A stretch of 20,550 nt of DNA from Chlamydiota bacterium (GCA_037133055.1 JBAXOY010000049.1:1-20550), one strand, 5' to 3'. Shown: positions 1 to 8,219, counted from the stretch's first letter. The notes: generated by a model from the sequence alone, not told the origin. Numbers and translations: made by a program.

Positions 1-2
1 AC

Positions 3-1568
3 ATAGATTCTTCCTCGCCCGCGATAGGTTCGGACGGGAAGGTGTATGTCGGCTCTTGGGATAATAACCTCTACAGCATTAATTCAAACGCGAGCCTTGA
101 CTGGAGTTATCAAACCGGATACCACATAGATTCTTCCTCGCCCGCGATAGGTTCGGACGGGAAGGTGTATGTCGGCTCGATGGATAATCGCTTGTACAGC
201 CTCAATTCAAACGCAAGCCTTGACTGGAGTTATCAAACCGGGTACTGGATAACCTCTTCTCCTGCGATAGGTTCGGACGGGAAGGTGTACGTCGGCTCGT
301 GGGATAATAACCTCTACAGTTTGAATTCAACCGCCAGTCTCGCATGGAGTTGGCAAACCGGGAACTACATAGATTCTTCCTCGCCCGCGATATGTTCCGA
401 CGGGAAGGTGTATGTCGGCTCGACGGATAGGTGTTTCTACAGCCTCAATTCAAACGCAAGTCTATGCTGGAGTTATGAAGCCTACACCGGCATAGTTTCC
501 TCACCCGCGATAGGTTCGGATGGAAGGGTGTATGTTCGCTCGTGGGATAGTAACCTCTATTGTATCGAACAAGGCCCTACTCCCACCATCACACCTACCC
601 CCACGATAACACCGACACCGACAATTACCTCGACCCTGACAGTGACCCCGACGCTAACCATTACGCCGACGCCCACGGCGTCCCCTATACCGACTATGTC
701 ACCGTCACCAACGCCATGGCCCACAGGCGATTTGTGGTGGACACGAGATGTACACGTGTATAACGCGGTTGCGACACCTGCATTGCCAATTGTGGGGGTA
801 TCTGTCCGTGCCAGCGCATATAGTACTGATAGCTGCACTACGGGCGAAGATGGGAGTTGTTCTGTAACAGTACATGCTCATGATACCGGGACAGTGTCTG
901 TAAATGTCTCGGCAGATGGATATGTTCCATTTGAAAACATCTATCCCGGATTACCCGCCTCTGGAGAATTGGAGATTGGACTGTATTCCATAACCCCCAC
1001 GGAGATACCAACCTCGACCCCGACGGATACGCCCACGATTACCTCGACGCCCACGGTTGTGTATCCTTCCATGGAAACGGGAAGCGTATCGGGGATGAGT
1101 ATTGCGGTGCCGAGGTCGATAGAGGACGGGTTTGCGTATGTGCTGATGTGCGCGGACGACCCATGGAAACAAATGGGAGCGGTGTGGGACAGCAACAACG
1201 AATTCGTGGAAAAGGGAAGTTATCCGGCGCAAGCGGTGGGGCTGATGATTCTACGTGACGCAGCCGAGCGGATTACGGTGAATGGGGGAGATTACCTGAC
1301 GATTACGAATGCAGCGGGGGAGGAGATGAAAATCTACCTGCCTGCGCTCGATACGACGGAGGACGTGACGCTATATATCGGCAAGGACGGTGCGACGTAC
1401 TACGACATCGCGCTGAGTGAGGTGGCATGTGCCGCGCCCACGGGAGTCGCAGTGCGGGTGAACTTCCAGCCTGCGGCGGCGACGTCTCCGGATGGGTACT
1501 ATCGCGACCACGGCACGGCGCCGGGCGGACACTGGGGTTCGGCGGGGGCGCAGGACTACGGGTGGTGA
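3..1568 (+). CDS. PQQ/BamB-like beta-propeller repeat surface protein with Pro/Thr linkers, extra beta-rich domains and a C-terminal NFQP...DYGW tail; 5' end lies outside the window
   Basis: Frame is open from base 3. It has ~41-aa repeats SSPAIGSDGKVYVGSWDNNLYSLN...WSYQTG, (PT)n linkers and the C-terminal VRVNFQP...GY..D.G...DYGW shared with the two minus-strand paralogs. Confidence 0.88.
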   Translation: MDSSSPAIGSDGKVYVGSWDNNLYSINSNASLDWSYQTGYHIDSSSPAIGSDGKVYVGSMDNRLYSLNSNASLDWSYQTGYWITSSPAIGSDGKVYVGSWDNNLYSLNSTASLAWSWQTGNYIDSSSPAICSDGKVYVGSTDRCFYSLNSNASLCWSYEAYTGIVSSPAIGSDGRVYVRSWDSNLYCIEQGPTPTITPTPTITPTPTITSTLTVTPTLTITPTPTASPIPTMSPSPTPWPTGDLWWTRDVHVYNAVATPALPIVGVSVRASAYSTDSCTTGEDGSCSVTVHAHDTGTVSVNVSADGYVPFENIYPGLPASGELEIGLYSITPTEIPTSTPTDTPTITSTPTVVYPSMETGSVSGMSIAVPRSIEDGFAYVLMCADDPWKQMGAVWDSNNEFVEKGSYPAQAVGLMILRDAAERITVNGGDYLTITNAAGEEMKIYLPALDTTEDVTLYIGKDGATYYDIALSEVACAAPTGVAVRVNFQPAAATSPDGYYRDHGTAPGGHWGSAGAQDYGW

Positions 1569-1648
1569 AGGCGTTCTTCGACTCGAATCCCATAACAGGG
1601 CGGGCGGACGCGTTCCTCGACGTAAGCGCGAAGTTCACTGTTCAGTAG
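1562..1648 (+). pseudogene. Orphan 3' gene fragment homologous to the C-terminus of ORF 1898-2383
   Basis: Translates VVKAFFDSNPITGRADAFLDVSAKFTVQ*, versus VVVAFFDPSRPITGRQDAFLAPSGKFTIG in 1898-2383. It overlaps the stop codon of the upstream gene in a different frame. Confidence 0.7.
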
Positions 1649-1897
1649 AAGTGCCGTCTGAAGATGGGGAACTGACTCCCGACACATTGTATGTCATCAT
1701 GATGGATAAGAAGACGGTGACGGTCGCGTAGTGACCTTGTCGTCAGGGAGGAACACATGCCCGTTTCTGATAATGTAACACTTTTGAGCGGAGCGTGTTG
1801 TGCGTGATGTTCTCCCCCCCCAGGTGGCGTGTTGCTCTAAAGAGTGATATCCTTTACATAAGCACTATACCAGACTGCTCACCGAGGGGAGGGGCCC

Positions 1898-2383
1898 GTG
1901 AAGAGATCAGCTATGTTCTTGTGTATTCTTGTCGCAGAGGCTGCACTGTGTCATGCTCAGGTGCCGCAAGCGCAGGTGGTAATGAGCTCGGAGTGCTACT
2001 CTCCGTCGACGACCAGCTCGCAGACGGTAATGAGCGAGGGGTTTTACTCTTCGTCGACGACCAGCACGATAGAGTCAACCTTTGTGCTGAACCGGGCCAT
2101 CGAGAGTCCGTTTACTGTGTACGCAGTCGTCATTTTCCCCGACGGGAGCATGCGCAACTGTCTCGGCCTGAACGCCCCGCTCAAGCCGGTGGCGACCAAG
2201 ATGACGGGCCTCCCCGCCCCGTTCACCTATCCGCTCCTCTCCCTACCCGTTCCTGTGGGCGCGCCCTTCGGGCTGTACGAGGTCGTCGTGGCGTTCTTCG
2301 ACCCCTCGAGGCCCATCACTGGGCGGCAAGACGCTTTCCTGGCCCCAAGCGGTAAGTTCACTATTGGGTCTTGTACTGAATAA
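1898..2383 (+). CDS. Secreted hypothetical protein with a beta-sandwich-like C-terminal domain
   Basis: GTG start preceded by GGGGAGGGG. Signal-peptide-like N-terminus MKRSAMFLCILVAEAALCHA. Contains an internal 16-aa duplication. Confidence 0.7.
   Translation: MKRSAMFLCILVAEAALCHAQVPQAQVVMSSECYSPSTTSSQTVMSEGFYSSSTTSTIESTFVLNRAIESPFTVYAVVIFPDGSMRNCLGLNAPLKPVATKMTGLPAPFTYPLLSLPVPVGAPFGLYEVVVAFFDPSRPITGRQDAFLAPSGKFTIGSCTE
1972..2067 (+). repeat. 48-bp in-frame tandem duplication
   Basis: gcaggtggtaatgagctcggagtgctactctccgtcgacgaccagctc followed by gcagacggtaatgagcgaggggttttactcttcgtcgacgaccagcac. Confidence 0.85.
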
Positions 2384-2776
2384 GCAGGTTAGAGATTGTA
2401 GGTGGCAATCCTCCTCTACCTATTTAGGGTAGAGGATAGGAGCCGGCAGGAAACAGGGGAGCAGGCGAGCACCCGGTACGGGCATCCTCGCAGTTCCCCT
2501 CTTTTGTGCCGATAGTGTAGGGAAAAGGGTAAATTGCTTCCGTGTGCGTCCCGATGTCTTGTGTTATTGCCCTGCCACAAGGTCGGGCGGAAAGAGTACA
2601 TCAGTTCACAAGGACCTCCGGCGGGCGAAAAAGAGTATCCGCTTCAATGTACCCGACTAAAAAAGGAGGTACCATGCAACAGGGAGTACATTGTATAATC
2701 TCGGCGAACGGACAGACTTATACTACGGCAACGACGGTTTCTGGGTTCTGGTTTTTGGCAGAAGAAAATACGGTAT

Positions 2777-3190
2777 ATGGAACGAAAGGGGGGCGGGATC
2801 TATTTCGACTTCGAGAAACTGGACGTCTATCAGCTCGCCTTGGAGTTCGCGGATTTCGTGTTCCGGATGTGCAAGGGCATGCACGAGGCATACAGAAGCT
2901 CCCTGGTCGATCACGTGCAGCGGTCGGTGATCTCCATCGCCAACACTATTGCGGAGGGTTCGGGCAAGGTCTCGCGCAGGGAGAAGATCAAATATTTCTC
3001 TTATGCGCTCGACTCCACAAAGGAATGTGTTCCGCCGCTGACAATTGCCCGGCGACAGGAACAGATCAGCGAGGAGGCATACCGGAAGGGGAGGCGCTAC
3101 TGCGTTTCAATCTGCAAAATGCTGGTGAAATTAATCCAAGCGATCGAGGCACAGGAGCTCAGTAAGTCCGGCGAACATCACCATGCCTGA
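2777..3190 (+). CDS. Four-helix-bundle protein (23S rRNA intervening-sequence protein / S23-like family)
   Basis: FDFEKLDVYQLALEF...LVDHVQRSVISIANTIAEGSGK...YFSYALDSTKEC matches the family pattern FEKLxVYQ...QxxRAxxSIxxNIAEG...ARGSxxE; 137 aa. Confidence 0.88.
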   Translation: MERKGGGIYFDFEKLDVYQLALEFADFVFRMCKGMHEAYRSSLVDHVQRSVISIANTIAEGSGKVSRREKIKYFSYALDSTKECVPPLTIARRQEQISEEAYRKGRRYCVSICKMLVKLIQAIEAQELSKSGEHHHA

Positions 3191-3255
3191 TGTCGGTGGC
3201 GCTTTTTATGGTTTTTGCAGGCACCCAGTGCCCGGAATTTAGCACCCGTTTTCGG

Positions 3256-3331
3256 GACCCCATCGTCCAGAGGCCTAGGACTTCAGATTTTCGATCTGAA
3301 AACCCGGGTTCGAATCCCGGTGGGGTCGCCA
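3256..3331 (+). tRNA. tRNA-Glu(UUC), CCA encoded
   Basis: Acceptor stem GACCCCA/TGGGGTC, discriminator G then CCA. Anticodon arm TCAGA-TTTTCGA-TCTGA with TTC at 3290-3292. T arm CCGGG-TTCGAAT-CCCGG. 76 nt. Confidence 0.95.
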
Positions 3332-3336
3332 CGCAT

Positions 3337-3370
3337 AAAAGGGGCCTCTATTGAGGCCCCTTTTTCTTTT
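3337..3370 (+). terminator. Intrinsic, probably bidirectional terminator after the tRNA
   Basis: aaaaggggcctc-tatt-gaggcccctttt followed by a T tract. Confidence 0.85.
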
Positions 3371-3479
3371 AGCATTGCACGCGCGAGGTTAAGTCTAGCG
3401 AAGCGAAGTCCCTATCCTATTCCCCCTCATATTTTGTTGCGTGGGCGCGGAGCGGCTCGGTCAATGGGGGGGATGCTTC

Positions 3480-4733
3480 TCACCTCCAGCCGTAATCGCC
3501 CCATTCTCCATATGGAGCGCCATCGTCTACCAGATATCCGCTGGGGATTGCCGCCCCTGCAGACTGGTAATTAATCTGCTCCTTGACTGGCGTTGGTGTC
3601 CCGGTCGGTATGGGCGCCTGCTTTATACAATAAAAACGATTATCATTGGAACCGACATACACGCTACCATCGCTCCCGAGCGCTGGGGAGGCGAATATAC
3701 GATATCCAGTCACATAGCTCCATGCCAGCGAGCCCCCGGAGTTGAAGGAGTATAGACATCCATCCCTGGAGCCGACATACACGCCCCTATCACTCCCGAG
3801 CGCGGGCGAGGATAATACTTCATATCCGGTTTCATAGCTCCACCAGAGCGAGCCACTGGAAGTGAAGGAGTAAAGATGGTTATCGTCGGAGCCAACGTAC
3901 ACTCTCCTATTGATCCCGAGCGCGGGGGAGGAGTCCACATCTCCTCCGGTTACATAGCTCCATGCGAGCGAGCCACTGGAATTTATGGTGTAAAGACGGT
4001 TATCACTGGAGCCGACATACACACCCCCATCGCTCCCGAGCGTAGGGGAGGAGTACATAATCCCTCTTCCGGTAGTGTAGCTCCATGTGAGCGAGCCCCC
4101 GGACGTGAGGGCGTAAAGACGATTATCCCAGGAGCCGACATATACGCCCCCATCGCTTCCGAGCGCAGGGGAGGAGTATACCCAACTCCCGGTCAGATGG
4201 CTCCACGCGAGCGAGCCCCCAGGAGTGAGGGCATAAAGACGGTTATCCAAGGAGCCGACATACACTCCCCCGTCGCTCCCGAGCGCAGGAGAGGACATCA
4301 CATAACTTCCGGTCACATAACTCCATGCGAGCGAGCCTGTGGAGGTGATAGCGTAAAGACGGTTATCGTAAGAACCGAAATACACGCCCCCATCGCTCCC
4401 AAGCGCAGGGGAGGACTCCCAAGTACTACCGTAATAACTCCATGCGAGCGAGCCTGTGGAAGTGAAGGAGTATAAATTCAAGTCACCACAGCCGACATAC
4501 ACGCCCCCATCGCTCCCGAGCGCGGGAGAGGAGAAGTACCATATATAAATGGCCTTATAGCTCCAGGAGAGCACGGGGATTGACGGCCCCGCATATGAAC
4601 TCCTCCCCACATGCTGAGCATCGTGCCGGAACATCGGCCACGGACTATCGGCGAGTTGGGAATAGGCAGGGAGCATAAAAAGGGATGATACGAGCGAGGA
4701 CATTATCGCATACAGAGGGAATATGCGCCGCAT
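3480..4733 (-). CDS. Secreted PQQ/BamB-like beta-propeller repeat protein
   Basis: Likely ATG at 4733 (AGGAGGGG RBS). Signal peptide, SPWPMFRHDAQHVGRS motif, eight SSPALGSDGGVYVGSxDNRLY repeats, short PT linker and an NYQS...DYGWR tail. Confidence 0.9.
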   Translation of the reverse strand: MRRIFPLYAIMSSLVSSLFMLPAYSQLADSPWPMFRHDAQHVGRSSYAGPSIPVLSWSYKAIYIWYFSSPALGSDGGVYVGCGDLNLYSFTSTGSLAWSYYGSTWESSPALGSDGGVYFGSYDNRLYAITSTGSLAWSYVTGSYVMSSPALGSDGGVYVGSLDNRLYALTPGGSLAWSHLTGSWVYSSPALGSDGGVYVGSWDNRLYALTSGGSLTWSYTTGRGIMYSSPTLGSDGGVYVGSSDNRLYTINSSGSLAWSYVTGGDVDSSPALGINRRVYVGSDDNHLYSFTSSGSLWWSYETGYEVLSSPALGSDRGVYVGSRDGCLYSFNSGGSLAWSYVTGYRIFASPALGSDGSVYVGSNDNRFYCIKQAPIPTGTPTPVKEQINYQSAGAAIPSGYLVDDGAPYGEWGDYGWR

Positions 4734-4862
4734 AAGCCCCTCCTGTGTGCCGAGGTTCATCTTCTGATGGCAAGAGTATCATAATTCAGAGCGGTGGAGA
4801 ATAGGCAAGTTTGGCACTGGCAAGTTTGGCACAATCGGGGCGTGTTCTTCGGGGAGATATAG

Positions 4863-4981
4863 TATCCCACAGGGTGGGGTAGAAACGCTCAAGATGCGAG
4901 GCGCCTCACCACCTCGGGGATAAAAACGTCGGCCATCCGCCAGATCTTGGTTCTAACGTCGTCCACTACGCGTCGCCAGCA
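4863..4981. repeat. att-like junction repeat, copy 1 (pairs with 6429-6547)
   Basis: ~118-bp direct repeat. The terminal tggttctaacgtcgtccactacgcgtcgccagca is identical in both copies. Confidence 0.9.
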
Positions 4982-5022
4982 ATAAATCCCCATTTCGCCG
5001 TAAGGCGTCATGGGGATTTATT
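4981..5022. terminator. Hairpin / putative bidirectional terminator
   Basis: 13-bp stem aataaatccccat...atggggatttatt with an inner cgcc-gtaa-ggcg hairpin. Confidence 0.75.
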
Positions 5023-5056
5023 ATGCATACTTAAGGCGAGGCAATCCGTTGGTTTC

Positions 5057-6292
5057 TCACCTCCAGCCATAATCGCCCCACGCCCCATATTCAGAGCCGT
5101 CATCTTTCAGATATCCCTCGGGCACTACCGCTCCTGACGGCTGGAAGTTCATCCTCACCGGCGTCGGCGTGGGCGTGGGCCTCTGTTTTATGCAATAGAG
5201 GCGGTTATCAAGGGAGCCGATATACACGCACCCGTTGCTCCCGAGCGAGGGGGAGTACGTTACAACGCTCCCAGTTGCATAGCTCCATAAGAGTGAACCG
5301 CCAGAGGTTAGGGCGTAAAGACGGTTATCGCCGGAGCCGATATATACGCCCCCATCGCTCCCGAGCGCTGGGGAGTATCCTACGCTGCCCCCGGTCATAT
5401 AGCTCCACAAGAGTGCGCCCCCGGAGGTGAAGGTAAAAAGTCTGTTATCTAGAGCTCCAACATATACTCTCCCGTTACTCCCGAGCGCTGGGCAAAAATC
5501 AGACAACCCTGCGGTCCGATAGCTCCACGCGACCGAGCCAACGGAGGTGAGGGCGTAAAACCGCCAATTAGAGGAGCCGATATACACGCTCCCGTCGCTC
5601 CCGAGCGCGGGGGAGCAGTTCGCCGTGAAAGCATGATAGCTCCAACCGAGGCTCGCGTTTGAGTTGAGGCTATAGAGGCGACCATCCCACGAGCCGACAT
5701 ACACACTCCCGTCACTCCCAAGCGCGGGGGAGGAGTATATTTTCCATCCGGTCTCATAGCTCCACTCGAGCCCGCCGCCGGAAATGAGGGCGTAAAGACG
5801 GTAATCGTGGGACCCGACATATACGCGCCCGTCACTCCCGAGAGCGGGGTCGTAATGTACTATTTCCCCGGCTTCATAGCACCACGAGAACGAGCCGACG
5901 GATGTAAGCGCATAAAGACGATTATCGTCGGAGCCAGCATATATGCCGCCGTCACTCCCGAGCGCGGGGGAGGAGTATATTGCCGCTTCGGTCGCATAGC
6001 TCCATAAAAGTGAACCGCTAGAGGTGAGGGCGTAAAGACGATTATCGCCGGAGCCGACGTATACGCCGCCGTCATTCCCGAGCGCGGGGGAGGAGTATAT
6101 TGCCGCTCCGGTCGCATAACTCCACGAGAGTGCGGGTATTAAAGGTCCTGTATACTCACTCTGCCCCGTGTGCTTCGCATCATGCTGAAACATCGGCCAA
6201 GGAGTATCAGCGAGTTGAGAATAGACAATAGGGGTAGAAATGGGGAATAGGTAGAACGACACTGCCACATAAAGAAGGAAACTTCGCCTCAT
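5057..6292 (-). CDS. Secreted PQQ/BamB-like beta-propeller repeat protein (paralog of 3480-4733)
   Basis: Likely ATG at 6292 (AAGAGGG RBS). YSQLADTPWPMFQHDAKHTGQS motif, eight propeller repeats, PTPTPTP linker and an NFQP...DYGWR tail. Confidence 0.9.
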   Translation of the reverse strand: MRRSFLLYVAVSFYLFPISTPIVYSQLADTPWPMFQHDAKHTGQSEYTGPLIPALSWSYATGAAIYSSPALGNDGGVYVGSGDNRLYALTSSGSLLWSYATEAAIYSSPALGSDGGIYAGSDDNRLYALTSVGSFSWCYEAGEIVHYDPALGSDGRVYVGSHDYRLYALISGGGLEWSYETGWKIYSSPALGSDGSVYVGSWDGRLYSLNSNASLGWSYHAFTANCSPALGSDGSVYIGSSNWRFYALTSVGSVAWSYRTAGLSDFCPALGSNGRVYVGALDNRLFTFTSGGALLWSYMTGGSVGYSPALGSDGGVYIGSGDNRLYALTSGGSLLWSYATGSVVTYSPSLGSNGCVYIGSLDNRLYCIKQRPTPTPTPVRMNFQPSGAVVPEGYLKDDGSEYGAWGDYGWR

Positions 6293-6428
6293 AATCCCTC
6301 TTACGGACATACGGCGGGGAATAGACGCCCCAACCGATAACCAGTAATGCTGCTCACCTACAAGTAGAGTATAACATAATCCTATTGTGAATGAGGGGGA
6401 AACATCATTATCGGGGTGAAATATATGA

Positions 6429-6547
6429 TATCCCTCAGGGTGGGGTAGAAATGCTCACGATGCGGGGCAGGGCATCACATCGGGGATGAAAACGTCGGCC
6501 ATTCGCCGGATTCTGGTTCTAACGTCGTCCACTACGCGTCGCCAGCA
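6429..6547. repeat. att-like junction repeat, copy 2
   Basis: Direct repeat of 4863-4981, with GTCGCCA at 6538-6544. Confidence 0.9.
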
Positions 6548-6550
6548 TCG

Positions 6551-6588
6551 CCGCGGAGTCTGAGAAGGCTCCGCGGTTGCTCTTTCTA
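6551..6588. terminator. GC-rich hairpin / putative terminator
   Basis: ccgcggagtct-gaga-aggctccgcgg followed by ttgctctttct. Confidence 0.65.
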
Positions 6589-6663
6589 TAGGTTTCAATG
6601 TGGCGCGGGCGTGCTCATCACGGCATCCAGGTGCCGATTGTTGCCGTATCTGCGGCCTGATAT

Positions 6664-7614
6664 CTACTCCCCCTCAGTATCCTTGTGCGCAGTTTTCTTC
6701 CGCCACGGCCCACCAGGAAGCCAAACCATCTCGAAGCCAGTATCCTGGTTCATTGCTTTCAGAGGAGGTATGAGGAATATTCCAAGCGCCGTAATCACTT
6801 CTTCCAGAGACAGGCCTTTTGTAGCCGCTGGCAGGCGCCGGATAAATGCCTTCCATTGGGTTATCTTTACGGGGTCTTTTGAGAACTCCTCGGTGAGAGC
6901 CATTGGAGCATCAGATGAAAGGGAGGTAGCTCTCCTCTCGAAGGTTGCCTTTATGCTCCGGGTAAGCACATCCCCTTTGAATTCGAGATGGCGCGAGAGA
7001 ATCCAGAGATCATAGAAATCCTTCATGCGACTGTTGGCTTTCTCCAGTTCCACCATGGCCTGGAGTTTCTCGGCTACCACTGTTTCGGGAGGACACGCCT
7101 TCAGGGTGGGGGTGGGGAAACCGAGCATCGAAGGGTATTCGATAACGATCGGCGCGGGATGAACCACGTCACCGAGGCCCACATCAAGTTGCATGTGAAT
7201 CCTGGAATTGCCGAGGGTCGCGAGGAATGTAAGTCGCCAGCCATGATATTCGGCCTCGCCTGTGATGGCGGACGTTTCAATAGTAGCGGTATGGAAACGC
7301 AGGCCGTCCTCCTCAACGGTGACTGCCGCCGCTTCTCTGACGACCTCCGCCAGTGACTCGCCGTTGAACTTCATCCGGCCCATGAGGTCGATGTCTGCCG
7401 TTGGTCGGGCCGGAGGGACATTCCAGATTCGCAGAAGCAGGGCGCCCTTAAGAAGTAGCCTGTCGGCATGCCGTGTTTTCGAGAGTCGATAGAGAAATCG
7501 CTCCATGGCATAGTACTGGAGAAACTCGGCATAAGGGCGTCCGCTTTGCCTGGCCATGGCGAGTAGGCGATCATGCACCGAATGTGCGATATTGGTCAGC
7601 GGTCGCCGGTTCAT
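6664..7614 (-). CDS. abiEii: AbiEii/AbiGii-family nucleotidyltransferase toxin (type IV toxin-antitoxin / abortive infection)
   Basis: Motifs YAMERFLYRLS, LLLKGALLL, RPTADIDL, LDVGLGD, ETVVAEKLQAM and NSRMKDFYDL. ATGA overlap with the antitoxin gene. Confidence 0.92.
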   Translation of the reverse strand: MNRRPLTNIAHSVHDRLLAMARQSGRPYAEFLQYYAMERFLYRLSKTRHADRLLLKGALLLRIWNVPPARPTADIDLMGRMKFNGESLAEVVREAAAVTVEEDGLRFHTATIETSAITGEAEYHGWRLTFLATLGNSRIHMQLDVGLGDVVHPAPIVIEYPSMLGFPTPTLKACPPETVVAEKLQAMVELEKANSRMKDFYDLWILSRHLEFKGDVLTRSIKATFERRATSLSSDAPMALTEEFSKDPVKITQWKAFIRRLPAATKGLSLEEVITALGIFLIPPLKAMNQDTGFEMVWLPGGPWRKKTAHKDTEGE

Positions 7615-8219
7615 TGCAGGGCCTCCAGATAAGGCATCATCACCCGCTCAACACGGCAGAGCCGAGCGTAACGCAGGAGTTGGGCAGCATCGTTTTTTTT
7701 GCGTTCGAGGCAGAAACGGAGCGCCTCTACCGCCACGTCGATCCCAATCCTGTTTCGAAGCCGGAAACAGTCCGCGACCGTCTTGGCGGGTGAGTAGATT
7801 CGTACCGCCACGCCATCCAGTAGATGACTCTCCACCCCTTCGGTGAACGGCTTGCCGGTGAAACGAAATACCCGGAGTGGGGGATAGTCGAGCCGTGGCT
7901 GCTTGGAGCCCCTGGGAAGAGCTATATCGACAGCATGTGGGATCTGGGTTGTTATCCCGTGGAATGATAGGGCTGAGATCATACAGACGATGGCTGAAGG
8001 GATTTTCGCGGAAGCGGTGGCCAGATCGGGATTGCCGAGGCGCGGCAGCCCTGCGAGGCGGTAAAGGCCTCTGGTGAGCTGAACGATCTTCCCCTGATCC
8101 CTCAGGCGGTAGAGTGTGCGGGGATGGATGCCCAGGGCCAGGGCTTGAGTAGTCCGGAGCATCCCCCCATGCTGCTTGAACAGCTCTTGTGCCTTTGCGT
8201 CATTCCGGGTCGTTTTCAT
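7611..8219 (-). CDS. abiEi: AbiEi-family antitoxin / transcriptional regulator (type IV toxin-antitoxin)
   Basis: N-terminal wHTH (HGGMLRTTQALALGIHPRTLYRL...RGLYRL), then SALSFHGITTQIP and IYSPAKTVADCFR. Directly upstream of abiEii. Confidence 0.9.
   Translation of the reverse strand: MKTTRNDAKAQELFKQHGGMLRTTQALALGIHPRTLYRLRDQGKIVQLTRGLYRLAGLPRLGNPDLATASAKIPSAIVCMISALSFHGITTQIPHAVDIALPRGSKQPRLDYPPLRVFRFTGKPFTEGVESHLLDGVAVRIYSPAKTVADCFRLRNRIGIDVAVEALRFCLERKKNDAAQLLRYARLCRVERVMMPYLEALQ

Noticed and set aside
2691..3190. Diversity-generating retroelement (four-helix protein as Avd, upstream region as template repeat)
   Set aside because: No reverse transcriptase in the window and no TR/VR pair differing only at adenines. 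The protein fits the generic 23S-IVP-like family better.
4804..4832. Tandem duplication ggcaagtttggcac x2
   Set aside because: Real but absent from the paralogous cassette; most likely a local slippage event.
4863..6547. The 118-bp repeats as CRISPR repeats, tRNA genes or riboswitches
   Set aside because: Only two long copies 1.57 kb apart, no cas genes, no cloverleaf and no riboswitch consensus I recognise. They are better explained as att arms.
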